Source of the DNA: Clostridium hydrogenum
GTDB lineage: Bacteria; Bacillota; Clostridia; Clostridiales; Clostridiaceae
Direction of reading: 5' to 3'
Length of the DNA: 64,000 bases
Assembly: GCF_021432385.1 (NCBI RefSeq)
Contig: NZ_JAEACT010000002.1
Location: forward strand, 502,016 to 566,015
In this document: piece after piece, positions 48,718-58,091 of the stretch
Layout of the letters: each line of letters opens with the position of its first letter
How positions within the stretch are numbered: position 1 is the stretch's first letter
Translations under genes and position numbers: made by a program
The notes under the pieces: model-generated
Told to the model about the DNA's origin: nothing
The model's input: only the letters and a program-made list of their open reading frames with translations
Databases searched by the model: none

Positions 48718-49374
48718 TTATTCCTCCAGCTTATATCCTAATCCAAACACTGTTTTTATATCATCCTTTAAATTCAATTTTTTTCTAATACGTTGGATAT
48801 GGCTATCTATGGTTCTTGTTTCACCTATATAGTCATACCCCCATATCTTTTCTAGCAATCTTTCTCTTGTAAGTACAATATTCTTATTTTGCACTAAAAT
48901 TAAAATAAGCTCAAACTCCTTAAGTGTAAGTTTTACAAAGTCTCCATTTTGTTTCACAGTTCTTTCTTGCAAATTAATTTCTATATACTTATACCTAAGT
49001 ATATTTTCCACTTTATTATAATGCCTAAGTACATTTTCAATTCTTGCAAGCAGTTCAACACCTTCAAAAGGCTTTGTCATGTAATCATCGGCACCCATTT
49101 TTAACCCATATACCTTATCTGCGATTGAATCCTTTGCTGTTAAAAAAATACTAGGAATGTTATACCCCTTAATTTTTTTAAACAAAGTAAATCCATCTAC
49201 CTTTGGCAGCATTACATCTATAATCGCCAAATCAAAGGTTTCTTCTTCGATCATATCCAAAGCCTCTTTGCCATTATATGCTTGTCTACTATCATAGTTT
49301 GACATACTTAAATTTAGCTTTATTAAATCAGAAATTGGGACATCATCTTCAACTATTAATATTTTCATTATCAA
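48718..49374 (-). CDS. OmpR/PhoB-family response regulator
   Basis: Receiver domain (KILIVEDD, LAIIDVMLP, LTAKD) plus a winged-helix domain (LTLKEFELILIL, GLGYKLEE). Confidence 0.9.
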   Translation of the reverse strand: MIMKILIVEDDVPISDLIKLNLSMSNYDSRQAYNGKEALDMIEEETFDLAIIDVMLPKVDGFTLFKKIKGYNIPSIFLTAKDSIADKVYGLKMGADDYMTKPFEGVELLARIENVLRHYNKVENILRYKYIEINLQERTVKQNGDFVKLTLKEFELILILVQNKNIVLTRERLLEKIWGYDYIGETRTIDSHIQRIRKKLNLKDDIKTVFGLGYKLEE

Positions 49375-49461
49375 TCCTTCTTCCTAAAATAAATAAATGT
49401 AAAACTTGAAATTAATTTATACCAAAATGCTGTCTTTCAAACATTTTGGTATAAATTAATT

Positions 49462-50208
49462 TTAGTTTAAAAACTTTTTATTTAAAGATTCTCCGTAGCC
49501 ATTTACCGTATAATTTAATATATTAACCTGTACCCACTTAGTTACACCATCAGGATAATCAACATATGCAGCACTATATGGAACTACTGCACAAGTATCT
49601 GGTCCACCAGTTCTTATGCCTGTGTAATTTGTATCAAAGCCTTTATCTTTTAAAAATTGTGCAATTACACTTTTAACCCTATTATCATCATATTTGCCCT
49701 TTAACCTTCTATCTATATTATTGTAAACTTCCGCATCTCTAACTTTACCATCTCTTAAAGAAATAGCAACTTTAGCACTAGCATCAATATAATCTGGTAG
49801 TGAAGAATCATTAGGCTTACAAAATTCTAAAGTAACAGGCGTATTAAATCCTTTTTTTATCAATTCATCAGTATTATCTACTCCATTATTAAAATCCTTT
49901 GGCCAATAAAACGTTACTTGAGTAATTCCTTCCTTATCAAGATCTACGCCATATATATTTTTTATAGTCTGTTTGGCAATTGCTATGGCCTTGTCACTAG
50001 TCATATTAAAACCCTTACTAGCACTAGTATTAGTTGCTGCTGCTATCGTACTCTGATTCTGACTTTGATTTTTTACAGTTTGAGTTTCTACCTTAACAAC
50101 ATCCTTAGTTGACTGTGTTGCATTTTGACTTGCAAAAGCAATTACGGATGTACTAATCGTAATTACAAATGCTGCAGTTAACGTTCCAAATATCTTTTTC
50201 TTATTCAT
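49462..50208 (-). CDS. secreted hypothetical protein
   Basis: Signal peptide MNKKKIFGTLTAAFVITISTSVIAFA. RBS GGAGGG 7 nt before this ATG; the track's upstream ATG lies inside the RBS. Confidence 0.5.
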   Translation of the reverse strand: MNKKKIFGTLTAAFVITISTSVIAFASQNATQSTKDVVKVETQTVKNQSQNQSTIAAATNTSASKGFNMTSDKAIAIAKQTIKNIYGVDLDKEGITQVTFYWPKDFNNGVDNTDELIKKGFNTPVTLEFCKPNDSSLPDYIDASAKVAISLRDGKVRDAEVYNNIDRRLKGKYDDNRVKSVIAQFLKDKGFDTNYTGIRTGGPDTCAVVPYSAAYVDYPDGVTKWVQVNILNYTVNGYGESLNKKFLN

Positions 50209-50316
50209 AATTAATCCCTCCATAAACTAATTTTTTATAGAATTATCTTCTATAAACATAATTATCAGTTCATGATGTATAAAATCTTTGCTTAAAATGT
50301 GTTTAAAATGTAAAAT

Positions 50317-50355
50317 ATCCACATTCATACTATTTATTTTAGCACAAATGTGGAT
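50317..50355. promoter_or_regulatory. conserved stem-loop motif, copy 2 (ATCCACATT-N21-AATGTGGAT)
   Basis: Same 9-bp stem, loop CATACTATTTATTTTAGCACA. Sits between the dapA-family gene 3' end and the start of the secreted-protein gene. Confidence 0.5.
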
Positions 50356-50361
50356 AACTAT

Positions 50362-51222
50362 TTATAGAATGTTATTTATTTTTTTAGCTAATTCGTCTGA
50401 TATTTCAACTAAAGGCAATCTAACTTCTGGCGATTTTATTAAACCAAGCTTACTTAAGCAGTACTTAATTGGAGCTGGATTAGGTTCTTCAAACAACAAT
50501 GGTATTATAGGCGCTACTTTCTTCCAAATTTCAAATGCACCTTCGTGGTCGTTTTGCTTAGCTTTATTAAATATTTCTACATACTTCTCTGCATTGAGAT
50601 GTGCTGAAGCCATTATTCCACCATCTCCACCAAGCATTAATGTGCTGTAGAAAAATGCATCTTCTCCTGTTAATATTGAAAAATCCTTTGGTCTATTAAG
50701 TAAAAGGTCTGTTGTTTGATTAAAATCTCCGCAAGCATCCTTTATACCAACTATATTTTTGAGTTCTGCAAGCTTTCTTACAGTATCATTTTCAATATTT
50801 CTGCCAGTTCTATAAGGTATGTTATAAAGGACTATATCCAAAGCTGTAGACTCAGATATCCTCTTAAAGTGTTCATATATACCCTTCTGGCTAGGTCTAT
50901 TGTAATATGGACATACCGATAATATTCCTTGAATTTTATATTTTTCAAACATTTTAATACTCTTTGCCATTTTTTCTGTATTGTTTCCCCCAAAGCCAAT
51001 ATACAATGGCACTTTATTTTCAGTATATTCTACTGTTTTTTCAAGTATACTTTCATATTCATACTCTGATAATGTTGGGGTTTCTCCTGTAGTTGCAAGC
51101 GGCATAAGTCCTGAAACACCCTTACTTGTATAGTTCTGTATCAATTTTTTATAGGAAGCAAAATCTACTTCCCCATTTTCAAAAGGAGTAATAATTGGTA
51201 ATAAAACGCCTTCAATTTTCAT
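50362..51222 (-). CDS. dapA: 4-hydroxy-tetrahydrodipicolinate synthase family protein (DapA/NAL superfamily)
   Basis: DapA-family motifs (LPIITPF, GLMPLATTGE, Schiff-base Lys context GIKDA). It is preceded by a lysine riboswitch, which supports dapA rather than another aldolase. Confidence 0.65.
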   Translation of the reverse strand: MKIEGVLLPIITPFENGEVDFASYKKLIQNYTSKGVSGLMPLATTGETPTLSEYEYESILEKTVEYTENKVPLYIGFGGNNTEKMAKSIKMFEKYKIQGILSVCPYYNRPSQKGIYEHFKRISESTALDIVLYNIPYRTGRNIENDTVRKLAELKNIVGIKDACGDFNQTTDLLLNRPKDFSILTGEDAFFYSTLMLGGDGGIMASAHLNAEKYVEIFNKAKQNDHEGAFEIWKKVAPIIPLLFEEPNPAPIKYCLSKLGLIKSPEVRLPLVEISDELAKKINNIL

Positions 51223-51259
51223 ATATATCCACCTTTCTTCTACCTGGGCTAAAAATATT

Positions 51260-51500
51260 CACATGAAAAGTAACAGCAAAGGAACACCCTTGCTGTTACT
51301 ATTATATTCAATATTAACAATACGCGTGTACCTTGTAGCTCTCCACTATATAAATATTTCAAGTGACAGTCCTGCATATATTCTATACAAAACCAGAAGG
51401 CACCCTTGCCAGAATGCTTTCTTCGGCTGTAATTCCTTTTCTTGTCCATCACTGCCCGCTGGCTAAAGACAAGTACTTATAATTGCAGCACCTCTACCCT
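51260..51500 (-). ncRNA. lysine riboswitch (L-box) with terminator-type expression platform, in the dapA leader
   Basis: Read on the minus strand: AGAGGTGCTGC ... CCGAAGAAAGCATTCTGGCAAGGGTGCC ... GACTGTCAC ... TGGAGAGCTACAAGG. These match the conserved L-box blocks AGAGGTGC, GAAAG...GGG, CTGTCA and TGGAGxGCTA. They are followed by the hairpin AACAGCAAGGGTGTTCCTTTGCTGTT plus a T-rich tail (51272..51297). Local GC is high for this genome. Confidence 0.7.
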
Positions 51501-51567
51501 AGGTAAAATTCATTTAATTTTACAGTTAGTTTATCACATACCTGTATAAATTTCAAGCCATGCAAAA

Positions 51568-52272
51568 TTAATAATTATTGTCTCTTTTTACATAAAACTT
51601 AACATAATTATTATCCATATAATCATAGGAATAAAAAATAGGCAAATCATTAATATCAAAATGAAGCTGCTTAAGCAAAATAGTCTTTTCTCCTAATTGA
51701 CTTACAGCTTTCTTATAAAAAACTTCACTGTCATTTGGTATACAAATTTCACTAAAAGCATAACTTATATTTATATTCATTTTCTCTTTTAAAAACGATA
51801 ATAATGAACCCGAAATTCCGTCCTTAAAAAAATCCTTAGCAATATTATGAGGAAATATATTAAAAGTATACGCTGCCTTTATTTCATTGCTTTTTCTTAT
51901 TCTTTCAATAATAATTGCCTTTCCATCGCAATTAAGTTTTTCCTTCCATTCCTCTATCATATCAAGTTCATATATATTTACCTCTGCTTCAGCTGGTTTT
52001 ATTCCAGAATGCTCTATCATCGAATTAGTACCCTGAAGTAAATTAAGTGAATTGCTCATAAGTGCTCTGTTCTTTTGCACATAAGTTCCAATGCCATTTT
52101 TGGAAATTAACAAACCCTGTATTTGTAAAAGTTTAATAGCTTCTCTCAATGTAGATCTTGATACATTTAACTCTTTTGCAAGGATTGGTTCTGATGGGAG
52201 CTTATCTCCCTCCTTTAATATTCCATCCTCAATCATATTCTCTATTTTTTGTTTTACACTTAAATAAAGCAT
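51568..52272 (-). CDS. GntR-family transcriptional regulator (HTH + UTRA-like effector domain)
   Basis: N-terminal GntR HTH (KLPSEPILAKELNVSRSTLREAIKLLQIQGLL). 234 aa. Confidence 0.75.
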   Translation of the reverse strand: MLYLSVKQKIENMIEDGILKEGDKLPSEPILAKELNVSRSTLREAIKLLQIQGLLISKNGIGTYVQKNRALMSNSLNLLQGTNSMIEHSGIKPAEAEVNIYELDMIEEWKEKLNCDGKAIIIERIRKSNEIKAAYTFNIFPHNIAKDFFKDGISGSLLSFLKEKMNINISYAFSEICIPNDSEVFYKKAVSQLGEKTILLKQLHFDINDLPIFYSYDYMDNNYVKFYVKRDNNY

Positions 52273-52273
52273 A

Positions 52274-53248
52274 CTAGTCCACTTCTTTCCTTGTCTTAAA
52301 ATAAATGGGGTTAGTTATAGCTATTGTATCATTACTTCTATAATCTATTATTTTAGCCCTTATCCATTTAACTCTCTTATCCCCATAAAGCTTAAACTGA
52401 ATATTGCATTTTTCATCGTACTTAGCTTCAGCTAATATGCCATCATTGCTTACTATACATACTTTCATAGAAATATCCTTTACCAATTCACATGGTTTTA
52501 TTGTGACCCTATATTGTTCTTTTTCACTTAATAAAGCAGTATCTCCTATATTATAAATTTCATTGTTATTTTCAAGCGTCATATCAAAGCATACTCCCTT
52601 TGACATTATTAATCTCCCACACCTAATTCCTTCTTTTACCGCTTCAAGGAACTCTTTATTTTCATCTATTAAAAGCCAATTTACAGCACTGCTTTTATCA
52701 AAATTCTCCTTTGCATGAAAATCTCCACCGTATAAACATGTTATTTTGCCCACAGCATTTATCTTATCAAGCCAAAATTTTTCATTTCTCTCCCATTCAT
52801 TTGACTCATTAATTACACGATGCCAGGTTTCAATGAAATCTATATTTTTAAAATCAACATTTTCAAACTCAAAGGTTGCCCCGGTAGATACTGGATCACC
52901 AAGCTGCCTTGGGTGTGCTATTCCTATTATTCCATCATTTTTATGCACATAATCTACAAGTTCATTTAAAGATTTTTTATTTATATTTTCCCACCTATAA
53001 TACGGTGCATCTATTGCAATTATGTGTCCATAAAAAGTTGTATATTCAATACCCTTTATTATTTTTACACCGTTCACCTCATATACCTTATCAAAATTCT
53101 CATAACCCGCCATAGTATTGTGATCCGTAAGGCATATCGCATCAATATTATGTTTTTTCGCCGCCTCTGCCATAGCTTCCAAAGTATCTTTTCCATCCGA
53201 ATTTAAAGTATGTATATGCGTAAGTATTTTTATCCACTTTAAGCCCAT
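52274..53248 (-). CDS. PHP-domain (polymerase/histidinol-phosphatase-like) metal-dependent phosphoesterase
   Basis: N-terminal HIHTLNSDG and DAICLTDHN motifs of the PHP fold. Confidence 0.6.
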   Translation of the reverse strand: MGLKWIKILTHIHTLNSDGKDTLEAMAEAAKKHNIDAICLTDHNTMAGYENFDKVYEVNGVKIIKGIEYTTFYGHIIAIDAPYYRWENINKKSLNELVDYVHKNDGIIGIAHPRQLGDPVSTGATFEFENVDFKNIDFIETWHRVINESNEWERNEKFWLDKINAVGKITCLYGGDFHAKENFDKSSAVNWLLIDENKEFLEAVKEGIRCGRLIMSKGVCFDMTLENNNEIYNIGDTALLSEKEQYRVTIKPCELVKDISMKVCIVSNDGILAEAKYDEKCNIQFKLYGDKRVKWIRAKIIDYRSNDTIAITNPIYFKTRKEVD

Positions 53249-53263
53249 AATTATAACCCTTTC

Positions 53264-53719
53264 CTATATAATTTCCTTTACCAAAACTTTTACACAAATA
53301 TTATCAGAATATGCTGCATGTACAGAAAGTATTATTTGCCACTCTCCATCTTCAATTGGCATCTTTATGAAACCAGGTGTACTTTCAAACTCTGATATCA
53401 CTATATTCTGTTTACTATCATGCCTATGCGCACATCCTACATATGTTTCTTTGCAATAAATGGACATAGTAATTAAATTATTTATTTTATTATACCCTTT
53501 TAAAAATTCATCTTCTAAAATTCTTGTCTCCTTTAAATCAAAGGCCTGTTTAATATCTTCCTTTTTTTCTACAAATTCATTACTATAACTAAATTCTATT
53601 TTTAGCTTCTGAATCCCACTATTTACCCTAAAGGATTTCTTTATTTGTGTTTTGTTGTCACCTTTATTTATTTTTAAATTCCAGTTTAATATTTCTTCCA
53701 TATTATCGATACCCTTCAA
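53264..53719 (-). CDS. hypothetical protein
   Basis: 151-aa ORF, no clear motifs. Confidence 0.4.
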   Translation of the reverse strand: MKGIDNMEEILNWNLKINKGDNKTQIKKSFRVNSGIQKLKIEFSYSNEFVEKKEDIKQAFDLKETRILEDEFLKGYNKINNLITMSIYCKETYVGCAHRHDSKQNIVISEFESTPGFIKMPIEDGEWQIILSVHAAYSDNICVKVLVKEII

Positions 53720-53738
53720 ACATTTAATTAATTAAAAA

Positions 53739-54584
53739 TTAAGACCTAGATGCCCATTTATCTTCTTTCATCATTGATGCTATATAAAAGGAACCCACCA
53801 CTGCCGAAATTATAAACATCATAACAGACATAGCCGCCGCTCTTGGTAAATTATAAAAAGTTCCAAACTCTTGCTGAAGCGCAACCCCCAGCATTCTCGG
53901 TGAATTTGTTCCCATTAAATATGGAGTCGTAAATTCTCCTATGTTTCCCATAAACACAAATATAGCTGCTATCATAATTGTCCTTAAAGATAATGGGAAT
54001 ATTACTTTAGCTGCAATTGTAAGCTTATTTGCCCCTATATCTCTTGCACTCTCAATTATAGAATCTGATATCCCAGTTAAACTTGAGTGTATAAGCATAG
54101 TTGAAAAAGGTATGTTAAACCATAAATTAGCTAAAATTATGCCTTTTGCAGTAAACATAATACCAGGCTTATAATTAATGCCAAATACAAGCAAAAATCT
54201 ATTTATAACGCCTGTGTCTTTAATTATTAACATAATAGCATATACTGCTACTATTGATGGTACAAATTTAGGTATTATGTATATTTTTTCTAATATATGT
54301 GCTACTCTACTTGTACTAAATCTTAAATAAAGTGCAAAAGCAAATGATATTATCATGCAAAGTATTACAGTAATTACCACTATATACAAAGTATATTTTA
54401 TATTACTAACTTGTCCTTTGTCACTAAAAATGCTTTGATAATTTGATAAATCATAAGTATTTTTCTTTTCATCATGAAAACTCAATATTAATGAATTTAA
54501 AATGGGGATCATTATTACTACTACCATTATAATAAAAGATGGAAGTACCAATAAAAGTGGCTTTAACTTAGAATTTCTTTCCAT
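53739..54584 (-). CDS. ABC transporter permease (binding-protein-dependent, PotB/PotC-like)
   Basis: Six TM helices and the EAA-like loop region (SARDIGANKLTIAAKVIFPLSL). The start is set at ATG 54584 (MERNSKL) with a GGAGG RBS. The upstream 33 codons in the track ORF lie inside a repeat element. Confidence 0.7.
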   Translation of the reverse strand: MERNSKLKPLLLVLPSFIIMVVVIMIPILNSLILSFHDEKKNTYDLSNYQSIFSDKGQVSNIKYTLYIVVITVILCMIISFAFALYLRFSTSRVAHILEKIYIIPKFVPSIVAVYAIMLIIKDTGVINRFLLVFGINYKPGIMFTAKGIILANLWFNIPFSTMLIHSSLTGISDSIIESARDIGANKLTIAAKVIFPLSLRTIMIAAIFVFMGNIGEFTTPYLMGTNSPRMLGVALQQEFGTFYNLPRAAAMSVMMFIISAVVGSFYIASMMKEDKWASRS

Positions 54585-54630
54585 AACATCCTCCATAATA
54601 TTTATTTTAAAAACAAGCTTTGAACTTTTT

Positions 54631-54740
54631 CCAAAGTACAAAGTATAAAGTACAGAGTACAAAGAATGATGATTTTCCTCCATTTCACTACGAAAAATCT
54701 TACAACTTATTTTTATTGTTTATACAATTGCAACAGTTCC
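54631..54740. repeat. MITE-like element fragment (TIR plus about 60 nt of internal sequence)
   Basis: CCAAAGTACAAAGTATAAAGTACAGAGTACAAAGAATGATGATTTTCCTCC followed by CACTACGAAAAATCTTACAACTTATTTTTATTG, which matches the core of the full copies. Confidence 0.7.
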
Positions 54741-54826
54741 TGTTTTTATTCCAAAATTCCGTAGGCACGAAGGAATTTTTTCCTTTAAAACCATGTACAT
54801 TGAGAAGTAAGTGTGTTGTAGGATGA

Positions 54827-54968
54827 TTTAAATAAAATTTTATAAATCTTAGGTAAAAAACTTTAAAAGGCTTAGAGGTTTCATTTGTCTGAGCGTTTTT
54901 TCAGCGAGTTATTGGAACGTCTTAGGCTTTTAAAGTTTTTTACCTTAGATTTATAAATTTTATTTAAT
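54827..54968. repeat. long inverted repeat (arms of about 48 bp, spacer of about 42 bp)
   Basis: TTAAATAAAATTTTATAAATCTTAGGTAAAAAACTTTAAAAGGCTTAGAG pairs with GTCTTAGGCTTTTAAAGTTTTTTACCTTAGATTTATAAATTTTATTTAAT. Lies inside the operon between the SBP and permease genes. Confidence 0.7.
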
Positions 54969-54999
54969 ATCCTGCAATATACTTACTTTTCAATAGTTT

Positions 55000-56157
55000 T
55001 TAGTTTAACGTAGCAATTTCATCCTGCCATTTTTTATTAAGATCTTTGCTTAAATCTCCAATACTATATGCTCTAAATTTACTTATCTGTAATCCTTGCA
55101 ATACTTTTATTGATGCTTTTGGAAGCTTAGCCTCGTCTATTACCGGTATAGCCTTCATTTTACTTACAAATATTCCTTGACCATCAGCAGACGCTACAAA
55201 ATCTAGAAATTTTTCTGCTGCTTCTTTATTCTTTGATTTACTTGGTATAACCAAATCCTCACCACCGCCATTAAGCTCTGGTTGTATTTGCGCTATTTTT
55301 ACCGACTTTGGAAGTGTACCTTTATCTAAAGCATCAAGTGTCATATCTGCCCATGCTGGTATAATGTCAACTTGTCCGTTGGCAAGCAAATCTAAAGTTC
55401 CTTGATTCTTTACTGGATATTGCACTTTGCCTGAAGCCTTATACATATATGGATGAAGTTCTTTGAGCAAATTAAATCCTTCCGTCCACTGAGCTTCCCA
55501 CTTAGTATCATCTGACATAATAGCTTCCTTTGGTAAACTATTGTAAACTGCTGTTACTAAGAAGGATTCTCCAGCTCCTCCTGTTGTTGGGTCATTATAT
55601 GCGAATCTTCCCGGATGAGCTTTTATCCAAGAATATAATTCTTTATCTGTTTTAGGAACATTTTTTACCTTATCTGAGTTATACGCTAAAACTACAGTTG
55701 TTCCTCTAAATACCATTGCTTTATCTCCACCGGATGATGACTTAAATTTAATATTGCTTATATTAGGAATATCTTTTGAAGTCAAAGTTGTAAGTGTATT
55801 TTTTCCTGCTTCTTTAAATAATCTTGATATATCATCATCAGAAGCTTCTATAATATCCATATCTGTTTGCTTTTGTCCTGCTTTTTCTGCTGCAATTTCT
55901 TTGTCTATTGCTGATTGAGCACCTGTACCAGATGGTATAAACTGAAGTTTAACTTTAATATTAGGGTTTTTAGCATCGAAGGCACTTATTACTGATTCCC
56001 AAGTTGTCCTTACATTATCAGAACCACCTGCATAAATATTAATAGTTGCTGATTTAGCTGCTCCATTAGTCTTACTAGCTTGCCCACATCCTGTTAATAA
56101 TAGAGATACTGTAGTTAATGTTACTAACACTGTTGATAAAATTTTTTTTCTTATCAT
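55000..56157 (-). CDS. ABC transporter substrate-binding lipoprotein (family 1 SBP)
   Basis: Lipobox LLLTGC after the signal peptide. 385 aa, periplasmic-binding-protein-like. Confidence 0.7.
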   Translation of the reverse strand: MIRKKILSTVLVTLTTVSLLLTGCGQASKTNGAAKSATINIYAGGSDNVRTTWESVISAFDAKNPNIKVKLQFIPSGTGAQSAIDKEIAAEKAGQKQTDMDIIEASDDDISRLFKEAGKNTLTTLTSKDIPNISNIKFKSSSGGDKAMVFRGTTVVLAYNSDKVKNVPKTDKELYSWIKAHPGRFAYNDPTTGGAGESFLVTAVYNSLPKEAIMSDDTKWEAQWTEGFNLLKELHPYMYKASGKVQYPVKNQGTLDLLANGQVDIIPAWADMTLDALDKGTLPKSVKIAQIQPELNGGGEDLVIPSKSKNKEAAEKFLDFVASADGQGIFVSKMKAIPVIDEAKLPKASIKVLQGLQISKFRAYSIGDLSKDLNKKWQDEIATLN

Positions 56158-56305
56158 GGGTTTCTCTCCTTTTAAATTTATTTATATTTTAACTTTTAGA
56201 TAAACTACTTCAACTATTGAATTTATATGCACCATAATTCCCAGAAAACGGTATTTTGCTACAAATAAATTTCAAGTTTCAGAGTAGTTTATCTTTGATT
56301 ATGGG

Positions 56306-57277
56306 TTAGTTTGAATATGAATGATATTTTTCAAAAAGAATTGAAACTGTCTCAGCTACTTTATAATTGCTTGCTTCTTCCCTTGAAATATAAGATTTTA
56401 CTGTACCTGCTTCAGTTTTAACATTTACTTCTGCATAATGTCCTAAAATCATCACATTTTCTATGGCTCCTATATATCTACTTTTTGCTTCTTTTCTTAA
56501 TAGTATATTTTCTGGTCTTACTGCTATAACTTCCTTGCCTTTTTCAAAGAAATTCATGTTTCCTATAAACCCTGCGACAAATTTGGATTTAGGTTTATCA
56601 TATATCTCACTTGGAGTTCCTATTTGTTCAAATTTTCCTTTATTCATAACAACTATTCTATCTGAAAGCGTCATTGCTTCCTCTTGATCGTGAGTTACAA
56701 AGACAACTGTTATGCCAAGTTTTGTTTGTATTTTTTTTAGTTCTTCTCTCATTTGAGCACGGATTCTTGCGTCAAGTGCAGAAAATGGTTCATCTAAAAG
56801 TAGTAAGGATGGTTTTAAAAGTAATGCTCTTGCTATAGCAACTCTTTGTTGCTGACCACCTGATAATTGAGATGGATACTTTTTCTCCACGCCTTCCATT
56901 TTCACAAGTTCTAACACTTTTTTAATTTCAGCTTCAATTAGATTCTTACTTATCTTTCTAATCTTTAATCCAAAAGCCAAATTATCAAATATTGTCATAT
57001 GAGGCCATAGATTGTAACTTTGAAATACCATTGCTGTAGGCCTTTTTTCTGGAGGCAGCTTAGATATATCTTCGTTATCAAGCATAATTTTCCCTGAAGC
57101 CAGCTTTAAAAAGCCTCCAATAGTTCTTAATAAAGTGGTTTTTCCACACCCAGAGGGGCCAAGTAATGTTAAAAGCTCACCTTCATATATGTCAAGATTA
57201 ATGTTTTCAATACCATCTCCATTTTCATATTTTCTTGTAAGTCCCTTAAGCGAAACTTTAATTTTGTTTTCCTTCAT
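56306..57277 (-). CDS. ABC transporter ATP-binding protein (PotA/MalK-like with C-terminal TOBE-like domain)
   Basis: Walker A GPSGCGKTT, signature LSGGQQQRV, Walker B LLLDEPFSALD, H-loop THDQ. 323 aa. Confidence 0.85.
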   Translation of the reverse strand: MKENKIKVSLKGLTRKYENGDGIENINLDIYEGELLTLLGPSGCGKTTLLRTIGGFLKLASGKIMLDNEDISKLPPEKRPTAMVFQSYNLWPHMTIFDNLAFGLKIRKISKNLIEAEIKKVLELVKMEGVEKKYPSQLSGGQQQRVAIARALLLKPSLLLLDEPFSALDARIRAQMREELKKIQTKLGITVVFVTHDQEEAMTLSDRIVVMNKGKFEQIGTPSEIYDKPKSKFVAGFIGNMNFFEKGKEVIAVRPENILLRKEAKSRYIGAIENVMILGHYAEVNVKTEAGTVKSYISREEASNYKVAETVSILFEKYHSYSN

Positions 57278-57290
57278 AATTGCCTCCTAT

Positions 57291-58091
57291 TTATTTCATA
57301 GTGAAGCCCTGAGACAGAGCCTTAGTTCCTGCAAATTTCCTAAGCACCATTAGTAAAATTATTGTCGGTATAACAAGTATTATTGCAAACACTGCGCCTC
57401 CAGTAGCTGGATAATCCGTTATTACTGAATACATCAATACAGATAAAGTTTTTATATTTGGCATTCCAATTAAAAGTGTTCCTTGAGCTTCTTCAAGCGA
57501 TGCTAAAAAAGTAAATATTGAAGCTGTGATAATTCCAGGCATAGCAAGTGGCAATGTAATATGCATAAAAGTCTGCCAAGGGGTTGCTCCTGCATCCAGT
57601 GCTGCTTCTTCCTGTTCCTTATGTATACTTTTGAATGCCCCCGCTGGTATCCAAGTCATAAACATCAAGGTATTTACTATATGGATTAATACTACGCCTC
57701 TCATTGTTCCCATTAAATTTAGCTTAAAAAACATAACTCCAATCATTACATACAAGCCTATTTTAGGGAAAGCATTTGATAAAAGAAAAGAAAATAAGAA
57801 CATCCTCTTAAATGGGAACTCATACCTTGCAAATGCATATGCAGCAGGTATACAAATTACAATTGATAGCAATGTGGCTATACTTGCTATTACAAAAGAC
57901 ATGATTATTGCACCAAATAAATTTTCTTGGCTAAATACAAATTTCCACCACTGAAAAGAAAATGCAGTTGGTAAAAATGTAGGATAATCATAGTTATTTG
58001 CAAAAGCTAAAACTGCCAAATTTATAATTGGAATAAAAAAGAATATTATGAATATTGCAAACATAATATAACTAAAAAAACGTTTATTCAT
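57291..58091 (-). CDS. ABC transporter permease
   Basis: 266 aa, six TM helices, EAA-type loop (EAALDAGATPWQTFMHITLPLAMPG). Overlaps the upstream gene by 4 nt. Confidence 0.75.
   Translation of the reverse strand: MNKRFFSYIMFAIFIIFFFIPIINLAVLAFANNYDYPTFLPTAFSFQWWKFVFSQENLFGAIIMSFVIASIATLLSIVICIPAAYAFARYEFPFKRMFLFSFLLSNAFPKIGLYVMIGVMFFKLNLMGTMRGVVLIHIVNTLMFMTWIPAGAFKSIHKEQEEAALDAGATPWQTFMHITLPLAMPGIITASIFTFLASLEEAQGTLLIGMPNIKTLSVLMYSVITDYPATGGAVFAIILVIPTIILLMVLRKFAGTKALSQGFTMK

Noticed and set aside
51249-51466. Track ORFs 51249..51452 (-) and 51263..51466 (+), 67 aa each
   Set aside because: They fall inside the lysine riboswitch leader. GC-rich structured RNA explains the open frames. No RBS.
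54584-54826. The first 33 codons of track ORF 53739..54683 and plus-strand ORF 54620..54826
   Set aside because: Encoded by repeat-element sequence. A GGAGG RBS precedes the internal ATG at 54584, which is taken as the true start.
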